A stretch of 64,000 nt of DNA, taken from assembly GCA_963677485.1 (NCBI GenBank), contig OY781964.1, positions 4,672,001 through 4,736,000 of the forward strand, read 5' to 3'. The first letter of the stretch is position 1; each line of letters opens with the position of its first letter. This document shows positions 38,070 through 48,654 of this stretch, in pieces. Made by a program: the position numbers and the translations under genes. The DNA is from Armatimonadota bacterium. GTDB lineage: Bacteria; Armatimonadota; HRBIN16. The notes beneath the pieces are model-generated. The model saw only the letters and a program-made list of their open reading frames with translations, did not search any database and was not told the origin of the DNA.

Positions 38070-40541
38070 GTGGCAATGTCGAATCTGATGAATGAAAAGA
38101 CCCATAATTCCAGTGCTCCAAAACCGCTTAACCGGCTAGAGGTGATGCGTGCGCTGCGCGTGAGCATCATGAGCGGTGTGGTCTCCACTATTGCTGGAAC
38201 CCTTGTGGGCGGTGTTGTCCAAACCTCATTTGTGTTATGGCTTGGTGGCAGCAACATGCTGCTGGGTCTGCTCATGGCCATCCCCAGCTTCGCCGGATTG
38301 ATGCAGATGATCAGCTCATACTGGGCTGACAAATGGGTGTCGCGCCGGCAGTTCGTACTCGTATTCCTGTGGTTATCGACTATCTTGTGGATACCTCTAG
38401 CCTTCGTGCCGTTGTTCATGCCACACGCCCTGCGACTAACCGCCTTCTTCAGCATATTCTTGCTTATCAATATTGCGGGAACGGTCACCGCACCTGTGGC
38501 TACCTCGTGGCTGTCTGACCTGGTACCCGCCAGCCATCGCGGGCGGTATTTCGGGTATCGCAATATGCTGTTCGGGCTGGTGGGCACCATATTAGCCTTG
38601 CCTGTGGCTAGTTTCCTGGACATGGTGAAAAAGCACGGGTTGTTGCAGCCCCATATTGCCTACGCGATACTATTTATCTCCGCGTCTGTCGTCAGCGGGA
38701 TCGCGTTATTGATCTTACGTATGATGGCCGAGCCACTTCGCGAGCAGGCCCCGCCGACCGATACCCCCGTGGCGGTAAAAAAGGGTGCGGCGGCAATGCT
38801 GGAGTATTACCGAGCTCCATTCGTTGATAAGAACTTCCGTAAATTCTTGCAGTTTCAAGCGGTTCTGCTCTTAGGGCAGGTGTTTGCGGGCCCGTTCTAC
38901 ATGGCGTATGAGATCAAGGTTTTGAAACTGGATTTCATCGTGATCCAGTTGATTGGCACACTGTTGATGGCCTGTAACTTAGCCGGTATGCCGGTTTGGG
39001 GATATCTCAGCGACCGTTACGGCAACCGCGCCGTGGCGGGTATTTGCCTGGGAGCCACCGTGGTGAACACCGTGCTCTGGGCCTTTGCGATGGCCGGTAT
39101 GCCGTCGGTCAGCATCCCGGTGTTGATTGTGGCGGAAGCCATCGGCGGGTTTAGCTGGTCTGGTGTGGCCATCGCTCAAACGAACCTACTGATCGGTCAG
39201 TCACCTGCAGATAAACGCACGATTTACATCAGCACTTTTAGTGCGGTATGCGGAGTAATCGGTGGTATAGCACCACTCCTGGGCGGCCTCTTTATGCAGG
39301 AGTTGAGCTGGGTCCACTGGAAAGTTGGCCTTTATACCATCACGAATTACCAACTAATTTTCGTGGTAGCGGGATTGTTCAGGTTTTGGGCCTTAGTTGT
39401 GGTGCGTCGCATTCCCGAAGAGGGGCAGGAGGCGAAGCAGTTGCTTGGTGACCTCTCGAACAAGCCGATTGCCAGCATGAAGGCTATTCGCGGATTCAGG
39501 AAGAGCAAGGACGTGGTCAAGCGCCGTCAGGCGATTGGTGAACTGGCTGAGGTGCGATCGGCACTAGCCAGCGATGAGCTGCAGCAGGCACTCGATGACC
39601 CCGATGCTGAAGTGCGCCAGAGTGCGGCAGGTGTTCTGGGTGACATTGGCGATGAAAAGGCGATTGAAAGTCTCTCCCAGAAACTGATGGATGAGGGCAG
39701 CGGGGTGGGGGAACAAGCCGCCGAGGCTTTAGGCAAGATCCGCAGTGTGAGGGCCGTGGCCCCGTTGATTATTGCCTTGAATCACCCCCTTCGGAGTGTC
39801 CGCAAAGCCGCGGTGACCAGCCTTGGTATCATCGGTGACCCATCGGCCATCAAACCACTGTTGGAACTCGGTGAGTCTACCCATGACCCGTCTATCATCT
39901 ATGAGACAGCCATTACACTAGGGCGAATTGGCGGCAACGAAACCATCGCACCGCTGGTGATGCTGTCGAACCATGAAGATGCGGAGGTTCGTATCGCCGC
40001 CATTGACGCATTACGCAGTATCGGCGACGCCAGTTGTCTGGATGCCATTGTGGAGCGGTTGAAAGTGGAGAAGGTGTCGTCAGTCATCGGCTCACTGGCC
40101 TGGTGTGCCGGCAGCGTGAAAGCGCAGAGTGCCTTGCCCGCGCTGCTTGATTGTCTGGACAGAGTGGATGATGGGGTTCCATTGAAGCAGGTGGTCACGG
40201 GCATCGGCAGCATACTTGGGATTGAGAAACGGCTCTACCGCGTGATGACTATGGAAAACTTTGAACGCGACGGGCAGGTAAGTAGGCTGTTCGAGAGCAT
40301 CGAGAAACGGCTGCGCATACGAAAGACGCCACACATTGAATTGGCCATGGATGCACTCGATCGATATACTGAAAGCAACTATGCAGAAGCCATCCAGGCG
40401 ATCACCAAGCTGTGTCATAACCTGGGTTATCAGGACCAAACTCTGAATCACTTGAATGCACGCAGCCAGCAAAGGCCCATGCGGATGGCGGAGTTCCTGC
40501 TGGGTATCACAAGACTGCACTGGATATTAACGACTGACTAA
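38070..40541 (+). CDS. MFS transporter fused to C-terminal HEAT repeats
   Basis: 12-TM N-terminal half (DLVP..RGRYFG, WGYLSDRYG) then repeated L.D....VR..AA..LG units. Confidence 0.85.
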   Translation: MAMSNLMNEKTHNSSAPKPLNRLEVMRALRVSIMSGVVSTIAGTLVGGVVQTSFVLWLGGSNMLLGLLMAIPSFAGLMQMISSYWADKWVSRRQFVLVFLWLSTILWIPLAFVPLFMPHALRLTAFFSIFLLINIAGTVTAPVATSWLSDLVPASHRGRYFGYRNMLFGLVGTILALPVASFLDMVKKHGLLQPHIAYAILFISASVVSGIALLILRMMAEPLREQAPPTDTPVAVKKGAAAMLEYYRAPFVDKNFRKFLQFQAVLLLGQVFAGPFYMAYEIKVLKLDFIVIQLIGTLLMACNLAGMPVWGYLSDRYGNRAVAGICLGATVVNTVLWAFAMAGMPSVSIPVLIVAEAIGGFSWSGVAIAQTNLLIGQSPADKRTIYISTFSAVCGVIGGIAPLLGGLFMQELSWVHWKVGLYTITNYQLIFVVAGLFRFWALVVVRRIPEEGQEAKQLLGDLSNKPIASMKAIRGFRKSKDVVKRRQAIGELAEVRSALASDELQQALDDPDAEVRQSAAGVLGDIGDEKAIESLSQKLMDEGSGVGEQAAEALGKIRSVRAVAPLIIALNHPLRSVRKAAVTSLGIIGDPSAIKPLLELGESTHDPSIIYETAITLGRIGGNETIAPLVMLSNHEDAEVRIAAIDALRSIGDASCLDAIVERLKVEKVSSVIGSLAWCAGSVKAQSALPALLDCLDRVDDGVPLKQVVTGIGSILGIEKRLYRVMTMENFERDGQVSRLFESIEKRLRIRKTPHIELAMDALDRYTESNYAEAIQAITKLCHNLGYQDQTLNHLNARSQQRPMRMAEFLLGITRLHWILTTD

Positions 40542-40557
40542 GGAGTGATGGCATTAT

Positions 40558-40911
40558 ATGGATCTGGTGGAACTACGAAAAGCGATGTTGTTGTGCGGTG
40601 TGGACTGTGTGATTGGCAGGCAGTTATTGGGCGGTGAACAATGGGCAGAATCCCAGTTTGGCGTGGCAACCGACGATCACTATATCGCTCCCCGTACCGA
40701 TGGTTCCGGTGAGGTTGTCAATTGGCCTGAGGATATCAACAGTGATTTATGGGATGACCTGTTAGCTGAGATCGTGGAGAAGCTGGGCATCACTACCGCG
40801 GTGATTGCGTTTGAGGACGAACTGCCCGCCGGTCTGTTGATTAGGTGGCAGGAGGCGGCTCCGATGGCGTTGTTCCGAAGGGCCGATGAGTTGAAGTCTT
40901 TGTTGAAGTAA
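40558..40911 (+). CDS. Hypothetical protein
   Basis: 117-aa ORF with AAGGAG RBS, in line with flanking genes. Confidence 0.6.
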   Translation: MDLVELRKAMLLCGVDCVIGRQLLGGEQWAESQFGVATDDHYIAPRTDGSGEVVNWPEDINSDLWDDLLAEIVEKLGITTAVIAFEDELPAGLLIRWQEAAPMALFRRADELKSLLK

Positions 40912-40945
40912 CCACTGCGTGATCCTTGCGTCTGGAGGTGCCCCA

Positions 40946-43900
40946 ATGGCATATTCGAAGCGTTCGTTCACCTGCTTTTTGGTTCTGGGATTAATGTTCA
41001 TGCAGATCACTGCATATACGGCTTCACCAACCCGTCTCGTTATGACAAAGAATGGCAAACCCAATGCCACCATCGTGCTGGCCAGACACAGCACAATGTC
41101 GGTGGAATTCGCCCTTCAGGAGCTGCAATACCACCTCCGCCAGATCACAGGCACCGCGCTTCCTGTGGCGTATGATGACCAGAAGGTGACTGGCAACCGG
41201 ATTCTTCTGGGCGAAAGCAAAGCCACAAAATCTCTTAAACTGCCCGGAAAGCCGTTCTCTTCTCAGGAATACATGCTGCGGTTCACTCCCTCGACGCTGG
41301 TGCTGATGGGGAAAGACGACGCCATCTATGACGACACTGAACAGCGGCTTCCGCGAGTCCCAGGGAAATTCGGCCGTGCTGTGAAGTTCAACGGCATCAA
41401 CAGCCTCATCGCCTTATCAAACTCTGGCTTCACCGACAACGAAGGATGTATGGAGGCGTGGGTCTGGATGCCCGCCAAAGCGCAGAGTACCGATGGCACC
41501 ATCCTGCGTATAGACAGCACCAGCCCCTGGAGTTACCACATCTTGCAGCGACTGGCTGAGACCAACAGTATCGACTACCGCGTGTATGACGGCACAACCG
41601 TGATGCGGGTAATCTCGAAGCCGGTCACTGAGGGCTGGCACCACATCAAGGCGACTCACAGCGTAAAATCGGGGCTGTTGGAACTGTTCGTGGATGGTGT
41701 CAGCCAAGGCACCACACCATACCGAGTGACGAAATGCGCCAAAGCCACGATGTATATGGGCGGTATGCCGGGTGAGCAGGACGGTAAAGCAGGCAATGCC
41801 TTCGTTGGGTTGATTGACGAAGTGCGCATATCCAACAGTGCCAGGAGCAACGAGGATGCGGTGCTGACCGAACCGCTGAAGAAAGACCCCGCCACCACGC
41901 TGTTGCTACACCTGGACGAAGCCAGCAGTAAACCATCTACGCCGCCAGAAACACCACAGAGCACATCGGCACCTGGGTATTTCACGAACAAGGGCACGCT
42001 GGATGCAGTGTATGAGTTTCTTGAGCGGTTCTGCGGCGTAGACTGGTGCGCACCTGGCAGCGTCGGCCTGGTTTGTCCAAAAACCAGCAGTCTGGTTATC
42101 CAAGGTCATGATATCCGCACCAAACCTGCATTTCAGTATCGATGGATGACACCCATTACTCTCTTCATGCCGACACCAAATGATGCCATCTCTGAGAATG
42201 ATGCGGCCGTCTGGAAATATCGGATGAGGCTGGGTGGGGAAGCCTTCTGGGCGTGCCACTCGTACCTGGGTTACTATGACCGGTTCCTTGCTGAGTACCC
42301 CGACTGGTTCGCCCAAGGATATACGGGAACACCACCGCAAATGTGCTATACCAATCCGGGCTTTATCGACCAATCGGCGAAGGACGCGCGGGAGTATTTC
42401 AGTACCGGTAAATCCTACCCGGGAGCAGCCATCGCAGGCAACAACTTCGGGCTTGTGCCGCTGGACAACAACTCCTGGTGCAAGTGCGCGCTGTGCCAGA
42501 GCAAACTGAACGCCTCGGAGGCAAACAATCCGCAGTTTTCCAACGGCAAGGCCAGCAACTACTTCTTTGAATATGTCAACAAAGTGGCTGCCCTGGCGCG
42601 TACATCCGACAAGACTAAGTGGATATCCACACTGGCTTACTCAGATTACGCCTATTACCCCGACAAGCTGTCGCTGGAGCCCAACATCGCGGTGATGATG
42701 TGCCTGCATACCCGCAACTGGTGGTGCCCCTCAATGGAAAAGAACGACCGAAAAGTGTTCAACCAGTGGGTGAGTAAAGAGGGTAAGAATCGTCCCCTGT
42801 ACGTGTGGCTTTACTACAACTTCCCCGCCATGAACGCGCAACTTGCGGAGTATGCCATGTTCCCAGGCTTCTTTGTGCATACCATGGCGAAACAGACCCG
42901 GATGTATCACCAGGCGGGTATCCGAGGTATCTTCCTGGAGCACTCCAGCGAATTCGGGCAAACCTACCTGGGCGACCAACTGGAGCTGTATGTGCAGTGG
43001 CACATGGCACAGAACCCAAAACTCGATCTGGAAAAGCTGATCGACCGCTTCTTCAACGGTTATTACGGCAAAGCGGCCCAGCCGATGAAGAAGCTCTATC
43101 TCGATATGGAGAGGGTGTTTACGGATATCAACACATACCCCGACGATATCAAGAACTCACCGGCGCACCAGCACCAGAACCGCAAACTCACCTACGAATA
43201 CGAACTGACACCGAAACGTCTTGCGGATTACCAGAGTCTTATCAAAAAGGCGCGCGATACGGCTTCGTCAGAGCTTGAGCAACTGCGTGTGGACTATTTT
43301 GACCGCGGCATCATACAGCCATTAGCCGATGGCATGGCCAAATACCAGCTTTATAAGCAAGATATCGCATCGCTGGCTAGCAGGAGCTATGACGTCACGA
43401 TACCCAGGTTAGCCTCATCAGCATCGGGGGACCTCGGGCTGGTCGACTGGTCAAAGGCAGTTGACATTGGTAGTTGGCGAACGGTACTGGGAGAAAAGTC
43501 GCCTCGTGTGATTTCGACAAGGGTGGCTCATGATGGCCAGTATCTGTATATCGAACTGAACGAACAGATGGACACAAAGACGCTAATCACCGGTTCTGAG
43601 GTGTGGCGTGGCGACGACTGGGAACTGTTCTTCGCAAAGCAAAAGGCGAAACCCTACCGTCAGATATCTATCGGACCTGACGGCAAGGTTTCGGCCAGTG
43701 AGTATGGCGCAAGCACCTCAGGCTGGAATCCTCAAGTGAGAGTGCTAAGCGACGCCAGCTCTGGCCAATACTGGAACTGTCGAGTGGCGATCCCGCTCAA
43801 GGATTTGGTGTCGGAGAGCACGGCTACCGGCGACAGCTTCTATGCGAATTTATATCGGGCCACCGGGGGGTCATCGAACCTGATGGCCTGGAGCCCGAAT

Positions 43901-43957
43901 TTCACAGCAAGCTTTCACGAGACGAGTCACATGGGTAAATTTACCCTGGCACCGTAG
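40946..43957 (+). CDS. Exported DUF4838-type protein with LamG-like insert and C-terminal CBM9-like domain
   Basis: Signal peptide; ELQYHLRQITG, GT..AVYEFLE, WCKCALC, LAY motifs; GWHHI..T/LFVDG/GLIDEVRISN LamG motifs; VW.GDDWELF. Confidence 0.78.
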   Translation: MAYSKRSFTCFLVLGLMFMQITAYTASPTRLVMTKNGKPNATIVLARHSTMSVEFALQELQYHLRQITGTALPVAYDDQKVTGNRILLGESKATKSLKLPGKPFSSQEYMLRFTPSTLVLMGKDDAIYDDTEQRLPRVPGKFGRAVKFNGINSLIALSNSGFTDNEGCMEAWVWMPAKAQSTDGTILRIDSTSPWSYHILQRLAETNSIDYRVYDGTTVMRVISKPVTEGWHHIKATHSVKSGLLELFVDGVSQGTTPYRVTKCAKATMYMGGMPGEQDGKAGNAFVGLIDEVRISNSARSNEDAVLTEPLKKDPATTLLLHLDEASSKPSTPPETPQSTSAPGYFTNKGTLDAVYEFLERFCGVDWCAPGSVGLVCPKTSSLVIQGHDIRTKPAFQYRWMTPITLFMPTPNDAISENDAAVWKYRMRLGGEAFWACHSYLGYYDRFLAEYPDWFAQGYTGTPPQMCYTNPGFIDQSAKDAREYFSTGKSYPGAAIAGNNFGLVPLDNNSWCKCALCQSKLNASEANNPQFSNGKASNYFFEYVNKVAALARTSDKTKWISTLAYSDYAYYPDKLSLEPNIAVMMCLHTRNWWCPSMEKNDRKVFNQWVSKEGKNRPLYVWLYYNFPAMNAQLAEYAMFPGFFVHTMAKQTRMYHQAGIRGIFLEHSSEFGQTYLGDQLELYVQWHMAQNPKLDLEKLIDRFFNGYYGKAAQPMKKLYLDMERVFTDINTYPDDIKNSPAHQHQNRKLTYEYELTPKRLADYQSLIKKARDTASSELEQLRVDYFDRGIIQPLADGMAKYQLYKQDIASLASRSYDVTIPRLASSASGDLGLVDWSKAVDIGSWRTVLGEKSPRVISTRVAHDGQYLYIELNEQMDTKTLITGSEVWRGDDWELFFAKQKAKPYRQISIGPDGKVSASEYGASTSGWNPQVRVLSDASSGQYWNCRVAIPLKDLVSESTATGDSFYANLYRATGGSSNLMAWSPNFTASFHETSHMGKFTLAP

Positions 43958-43977
43958 AGATATTTGGAGGAACAAAT

Positions 43978-44766
43978 ATGCTGGATTCGGTTGAATTATG
44001 GAGATTAGCCTTAAGTGAAGACCTGATGGACCGACAACATGCCGCACGTGATTTGTGGGATGACGACTGTGCGGCCTCTACAGAAATACTCAAAAGACTA
44101 ACCTCCGACCCTCACTCGGGTGTGCGGCTCTGTGCAGTCTACGCCATCGAACGTCACCATTTTGATGGCTGTGTACCGCTGCTTGTGCGGATGATGCATG
44201 AGGATCGGAATTTCGTTGTCCGTACGGGCTGCGCGCATTCGTTAGCGTGGATTCCTGAGGGCGCCGCCTATGTGATTGACGCTCTCGACGATCTGGATGA
44301 CGGGGTGATTGGTTCAGCCATCGCTAGTCTGCAAGCTACAGGGGCTGTCTGGGCTTCGGATAGAATTGCGGAATACCTGACGCATCCCAATTGGGAAGTC
44401 CGTTACTCGGCGGTATGTGCTTTACTGAAGTTTGGTATGGGGTCACAACAGTTGGTTGATACCATCCAAGAACTCACAGGGATAGCCGAGGCCCGGGAGA
44501 TGGTCCACAATTTCGCATTTTCCGATGCGTTCAGAACCGCGGAGGAAAACATACATCCTCACTCCAACCTCGACGATGATTTCGACATCGATCAATGGGA
44601 AGCCGCACAGAGTGAGCTATATGGTGAAGACTATATGGATATGGACATCGATGAACGTCTGGAGATTTTGCGGGCGAAATTCGGCGCAGAACTGGTGCCT
44701 TACCCCCAGTCTGACCCTCTCGGAGACATGCTGAAACAAGCACAACAGCTACTAGTGCAGCCTTAA
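43978..44766 (+). CDS. HEAT-repeat protein
   Basis: Repeats LTSDPHSGVR..AV, EDRNFVVR..A, LTHPNWEVRYSA; GGAGG RBS. Confidence 0.8.
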   Translation: MLDSVELWRLALSEDLMDRQHAARDLWDDDCAASTEILKRLTSDPHSGVRLCAVYAIERHHFDGCVPLLVRMMHEDRNFVVRTGCAHSLAWIPEGAAYVIDALDDLDDGVIGSAIASLQATGAVWASDRIAEYLTHPNWEVRYSAVCALLKFGMGSQQLVDTIQELTGIAEAREMVHNFAFSDAFRTAEENIHPHSNLDDDFDIDQWEAAQSELYGEDYMDMDIDERLEILRAKFGAELVPYPQSDPLGDMLKQAQQLLVQP

Positions 44767-44842
44767 GCATACTCTGCGATATCTGCTGCTCAACATGAGC
44801 AGCGAATTTGTCGTATTAGTGCTTAAACAGGCGGTGTTTTTA

Positions 44843-44871
44843 TTGACAGAAATATATACATCAGGTAAACT
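44843..44871 (+). promoter_or_regulatory. Sigma70 promoter of the ilv-leu operon
   Basis: TTGACA-17 nt-TAAACT upstream of the T-box leader. Confidence 0.8.
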
Positions 44872-44924
44872 ATGTTTACGGGGTATCAAATAACCTCAGT
44901 TATTGGAGCTCTGAAAGATATCCA

Positions 44925-45181
44925 AAAGCGAAGACCAGGATAGTACGACGCAAATCTGATTTCAGAGAGTTGCCGGATGGTGCGAGGTAACACAGAATGC
45001 GAAGGAATCTCACCTGCGAGCTGGGCTGCTGAACTCGGCAACCGCCGACAATTAAGCCGCCTCGGGTTCGCCCGTTATCGCGAACAAGAGTGGGTTCGCC
45101 TGCATTTATTGAGGTGGATCAACAAGGGTGGTACCACGTGAGTCAACCTCTCGTCCCTTGAGGATGAGGGGTGTTTTTTTA
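44925..45181 (+). promoter_or_regulatory. T-box riboswitch, predicted Leu (CUC) specifier
   Basis: AGTA, AGAGA, GGTGCGA motifs; GAAT-CTC-A at 45009-45011 before the stem I base; T-box AAGGGTGGTACCACG at 45124-45138; terminator hairpin with T7 tail. Confidence 0.93.
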
Positions 45182-45197
45182 TCTATGGAGGTGCGAT

Positions 45198-46982
45198 ATG
45201 CCAATGATGACCGGTGCCCAGATACTTCTGGAGTGCCTACGCCGCGAAGATGTCAAGCACATTTTCGGATATCCGGGCGGTGTACTGCTGCCCGTCTACG
45301 ATGCGCTGTATGAATACCGCGACATCGAGCATATCCTCGTCCGTCATGAACAGGGTGCCGCCCACATGGCAGACGGATATGCTCGCTCTACGGGCAAAGT
45401 CGGTGTCTGCCTAGCAACATCCGGCCCTGGAGCGACCAACCTAATCACAGGAATAGCCAACGCCTTAATGGACTCCATCCCCATGGTGGCCATCACGGGT
45501 CAAGTCAAGTCAACGAATATCGGCAAAGATGCCTTTCAAGAGACTGATGCCATCGGGTTGAGTATGCCCATCACGAAGCAGAACTATCTGGTTCGCGATG
45601 CTCTGACCCTCCCGAAGATCGTCTCTGAGGCGTTCCACATCGCCCGCAGCGGCCGTCCAGGTCCTGTGTTGATCGATCTGCCGAATGATGTAAGTGCGGC
45701 TTTTGTAGAGTGGGATCCTAGTACGTATCCAACCGAGGTGGACATCCCGTCCTATCGGCCTACGTATAAAGGTCACGGGATGCAGATCAAGCGCGCTGCC
45801 GAGGCGATCAATGCGGCAGAACGCCCCATTCTGTATGTGGGCGGAGGAGCTGTGGCTTCCAACGCACAAGCTGAGATCACGGAGCTGAGCGTGAAGGCTG
45901 ACATCCTGGTCACCACCACGCTGTTGGGTAAAGGCGCGATAAATGAGAGCCATCCCAACTGTCTGGGTATGCTGGGAATGCATGGCGCAGCCTACGCAAA
46001 CTATGCGATCAACCACTGCGATCTGCTGATCGCGGTAGGAGCCCGGTTTGATGACCGCGTGACCGGCAAGGTGGATCAGTTCGCCAAGAACGCCAAGGTG
46101 ATACACATAGACATCGACCCAGCCGAAATCGGCAAAGTCATAGCCTGTGATATCCCGATCGTGGGTGATGTGAAAACAGTGCTGACGGAGCTCAACGCGG
46201 CTGTCAAAGATAATAACCACACGATGTGGAACAACCAGGTCGCCAAGTGGCGTCAGAGGTTCCCCATGAGCCCGCCCGACGATGGTGAGATGCACGCAGC
46301 CTCCATCATTCGAAAGATCTGGGAGATGGCACCGGACGATGCGATATTCGCTACCGACGTGGGCCAACATCAAATGTGGGCAGCGCAGTTCGTGCATACG
46401 ATCAAGCCGCATCAGTTCATCACATCAGGTGGTCTTGGTACCATGGGATTTGGACTGCCAGCCGCCATCGGCTCGCAGTTTGCCAATCCTGACAAGAAGG
46501 TCATTTGTATTACCGGTGACGGCTCCATACAGATGTGTATTCAAGAGATGATGACCGCCGTAGTTTACGAACTGCCTATCGTCATCGCCATCATGAATAA
46601 CAAGACGCTTGGTATGGTGCGGCAGTGGCAGGAGCTCTTCTTCAGTGAGCGTTACAGCTCAGTCAGCCTGGAGGCCAGCCCCAACTTCCCGTTGCTAGCG
46701 GAAGCGTATGGTGCCATCGGCATCCGCGTAGACAAGCCTGAGGATGTGGAGCCAGCCATCGCCAGAGCACTTGCTGAGACGAAGAAGCCGGTTTTGATCG
46801 ACTTCCAGACCCCGACACTGGACAAGGTCTATCCATTCATTCCTGCGGGTCAAACCGTGGACCAGATGATGCTGATGAACGGGGATCAGGCGCCGCAGGT
46901 CACTGTAGATACCGATGCTGAGACATGGTCATTTGCAGACGACGAGCGTGTGCTCGAAGAGTTTATCAAGGACTCAGAGTAG
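45198..46982 (+). CDS. ilvB: Acetolactate synthase large subunit
   Basis: FGYPGG, RHEQGA, TSGPGATN, DVGQHQMW, GDGS, LGMVRQWQ. Confidence 0.97.
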   Translation: MPMMTGAQILLECLRREDVKHIFGYPGGVLLPVYDALYEYRDIEHILVRHEQGAAHMADGYARSTGKVGVCLATSGPGATNLITGIANALMDSIPMVAITGQVKSTNIGKDAFQETDAIGLSMPITKQNYLVRDALTLPKIVSEAFHIARSGRPGPVLIDLPNDVSAAFVEWDPSTYPTEVDIPSYRPTYKGHGMQIKRAAEAINAAERPILYVGGGAVASNAQAEITELSVKADILVTTTLLGKGAINESHPNCLGMLGMHGAAYANYAINHCDLLIAVGARFDDRVTGKVDQFAKNAKVIHIDIDPAEIGKVIACDIPIVGDVKTVLTELNAAVKDNNHTMWNNQVAKWRQRFPMSPPDDGEMHAASIIRKIWEMAPDDAIFATDVGQHQMWAAQFVHTIKPHQFITSGGLGTMGFGLPAAIGSQFANPDKKVICITGDGSIQMCIQEMMTAVVYELPIVIAIMNNKTLGMVRQWQELFFSERYSSVSLEASPNFPLLAEAYGAIGIRVDKPEDVEPAIARALAETKKPVLIDFQTPTLDKVYPFIPAGQTVDQMMLMNGDQAPQVTVDTDAETWSFADDERVLEEFIKDSE

Positions 46983-46995
46983 GAGAGGCGACAGA

Positions 46996-47505
46996 ATGAA
47001 CCAAGCAATAGCAACCGAACCTCTGCATACGATCACTGCGATCGTGTTGAACCATTCGGGTGTCCTAGCGCGGGTCGCTGGTCTTTTCGCTCGAAGAGGA
47101 TATAATATTGAATCGCTGGCTGTGTCTGTTACGCAAGACCCAGACATCAGCCGCATGACCATCGTAGCGCGGGGCGACCACCGAGTGGTGGAGCAGATAT
47201 GCAAGCAGCTCAACAAGCTGATTGACGTAATCCGTGTGGCCGACTATATAGACTGCACCGCGGTAGAGCGAGAACTCGCTCTCATCAAGGTAGCCGCAGA
47301 GCCGGAACAACGGGCCCAGATCCTGCAGTTGGTAGAGATATTCCGTGCTCGCGTAATCGATGTGGGCGAACGGGATATGCTCATTGAAATGACAGGCGGC
47401 TGTGAAAAAGTAGACGCCTTCGCCAACTTAATGGACAACTACGGAATCCGGGAAATGGCGCGTACCGGAGTGATCGCAATGGCGCGCGGCCATAAGACCG
47501 CATAG
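46996..47505 (+). CDS. ilvN: Acetolactate synthase small subunit
   Basis: N..GVLARVAGLFARRGYNIESL, KQLNKLIDV, ERELALIKV. Confidence 0.97.
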   Translation: MNQAIATEPLHTITAIVLNHSGVLARVAGLFARRGYNIESLAVSVTQDPDISRMTIVARGDHRVVEQICKQLNKLIDVIRVADYIDCTAVERELALIKVAAEPEQRAQILQLVEIFRARVIDVGERDMLIEMTGGCEKVDAFANLMDNYGIREMARTGVIAMARGHKTA

Positions 47506-47573
47506 CAATACCTAACACTCAAACGGCTTCGGTCAAGCTGAAGCCGTACATTTAAGGGAGAAACATCTCAATC

Positions 47574-48581
47574 ATGGCACAGATGTACTACGAAAAAGAC
47601 GCGGACCTTCAGGTTCTCGCTGGCAAGACAATTGCCATCATCGGATACGGCAGCCAAGGTCACGCTCATTCCCAGAACCTGCGCGACAGCGGACAGAGCG
47701 TTATCGTAGCTGACCTACCCGGTACCCGTAACTGGAACACCGCTGTAGAGAACGGCTTCGAAGTGATGAGTGCCGCTGAAGCAGCTAAGAAGGCCGACAT
47801 TCTGATGATCCTGGTGAACGACGAGTACCAGGCAGACATGTACAAGAAGGACATCGAACCTAACCTGAAGAAGGGTGCCGCGCTTGCTTTTGCACACGGC
47901 TTCAACATTCACTTTAGCCAGATCCTTCCTGACGAGCACACCGATGTCTTCATGGTCGCCCCTAAGGGACCTGGTCACCTCGTGCGCCGCCAGTACGAAG
48001 AAGGCGCAGGCGTGCCTTGCCTCTTCGCCATCTACCAGGATGCCACTGGCACATGCCGCCAGATCGCAATGGCTTACGGTAAGGGATTGGGCGGAGCTCG
48101 TGCAGGAATGCTCGAGACCACCTTCAAAGAAGAGACTGAGACCGACCTGTTCGGTGAGCAAGCTGTTCTTTGCGGCGGAACCGTCGCGTTGGTGAAGGCC
48201 GGCTTCGAGACCCTCGTGAATGCTGGATATCAGCCAGAGATCGCTTACTTCGAGTGTATGCACGAACTGAAGCTGATCGTCGACCTGATGCATGAGTCCG
48301 GCATTGCCGGTATGCGCTACAGCGTATCCGACACCGCTCAGTGGGGCGACATGGTCATTGGACCGCGCATCATCACTGACGAAACCCGCGCTGAGATGAG
48401 GCGTGTACTGAGCCAGATTCAAAGCGGCGAGTTCGCTAAGAACTGGATTCTTGAGAACAAGGCCAACCGACCTATGTTCCGCGCACTGACAAAGGCTGAT
48501 GATGATAGTCAGCTTGAGAAAGTCGGCGCAGAGCTACGCGGCATGATGCCTTGGCTGCACAAACCAGTCAACGCGAAGTAG
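47574..48581 (+). CDS. ilvC: Ketol-acid reductoisomerase
   Basis: [36 protein letters not shown]. Confidence 0.98.
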   Translation: MAQMYYEKDADLQVLAGKTIAIIGYGSQGHAHSQNLRDSGQSVIVADLPGTRNWNTAVENGFEVMSAAEAAKKADILMILVNDEYQADMYKKDIEPNLKKGAALAFAHGFNIHFSQILPDEHTDVFMVAPKGPGHLVRRQYEEGAGVPCLFAIYQDATGTCRQIAMAYGKGLGGARAGMLETTFKEETETDLFGEQAVLCGGTVALVKAGFETLVNAGYQPEIAYFECMHELKLIVDLMHESGIAGMRYSVSDTAQWGDMVIGPRIITDETRAEMRRVLSQIQSGEFAKNWILENKANRPMFRALTKADDDSQLEKVGAELRGMMPWLHKPVNAK

Positions 48582-48654
48582 TATCCGTCAACCATAGGGC
48601 CGTTCGAACATATGGACGGCCCGAACTTGAATTTACATGAAGGAGAATCACACC

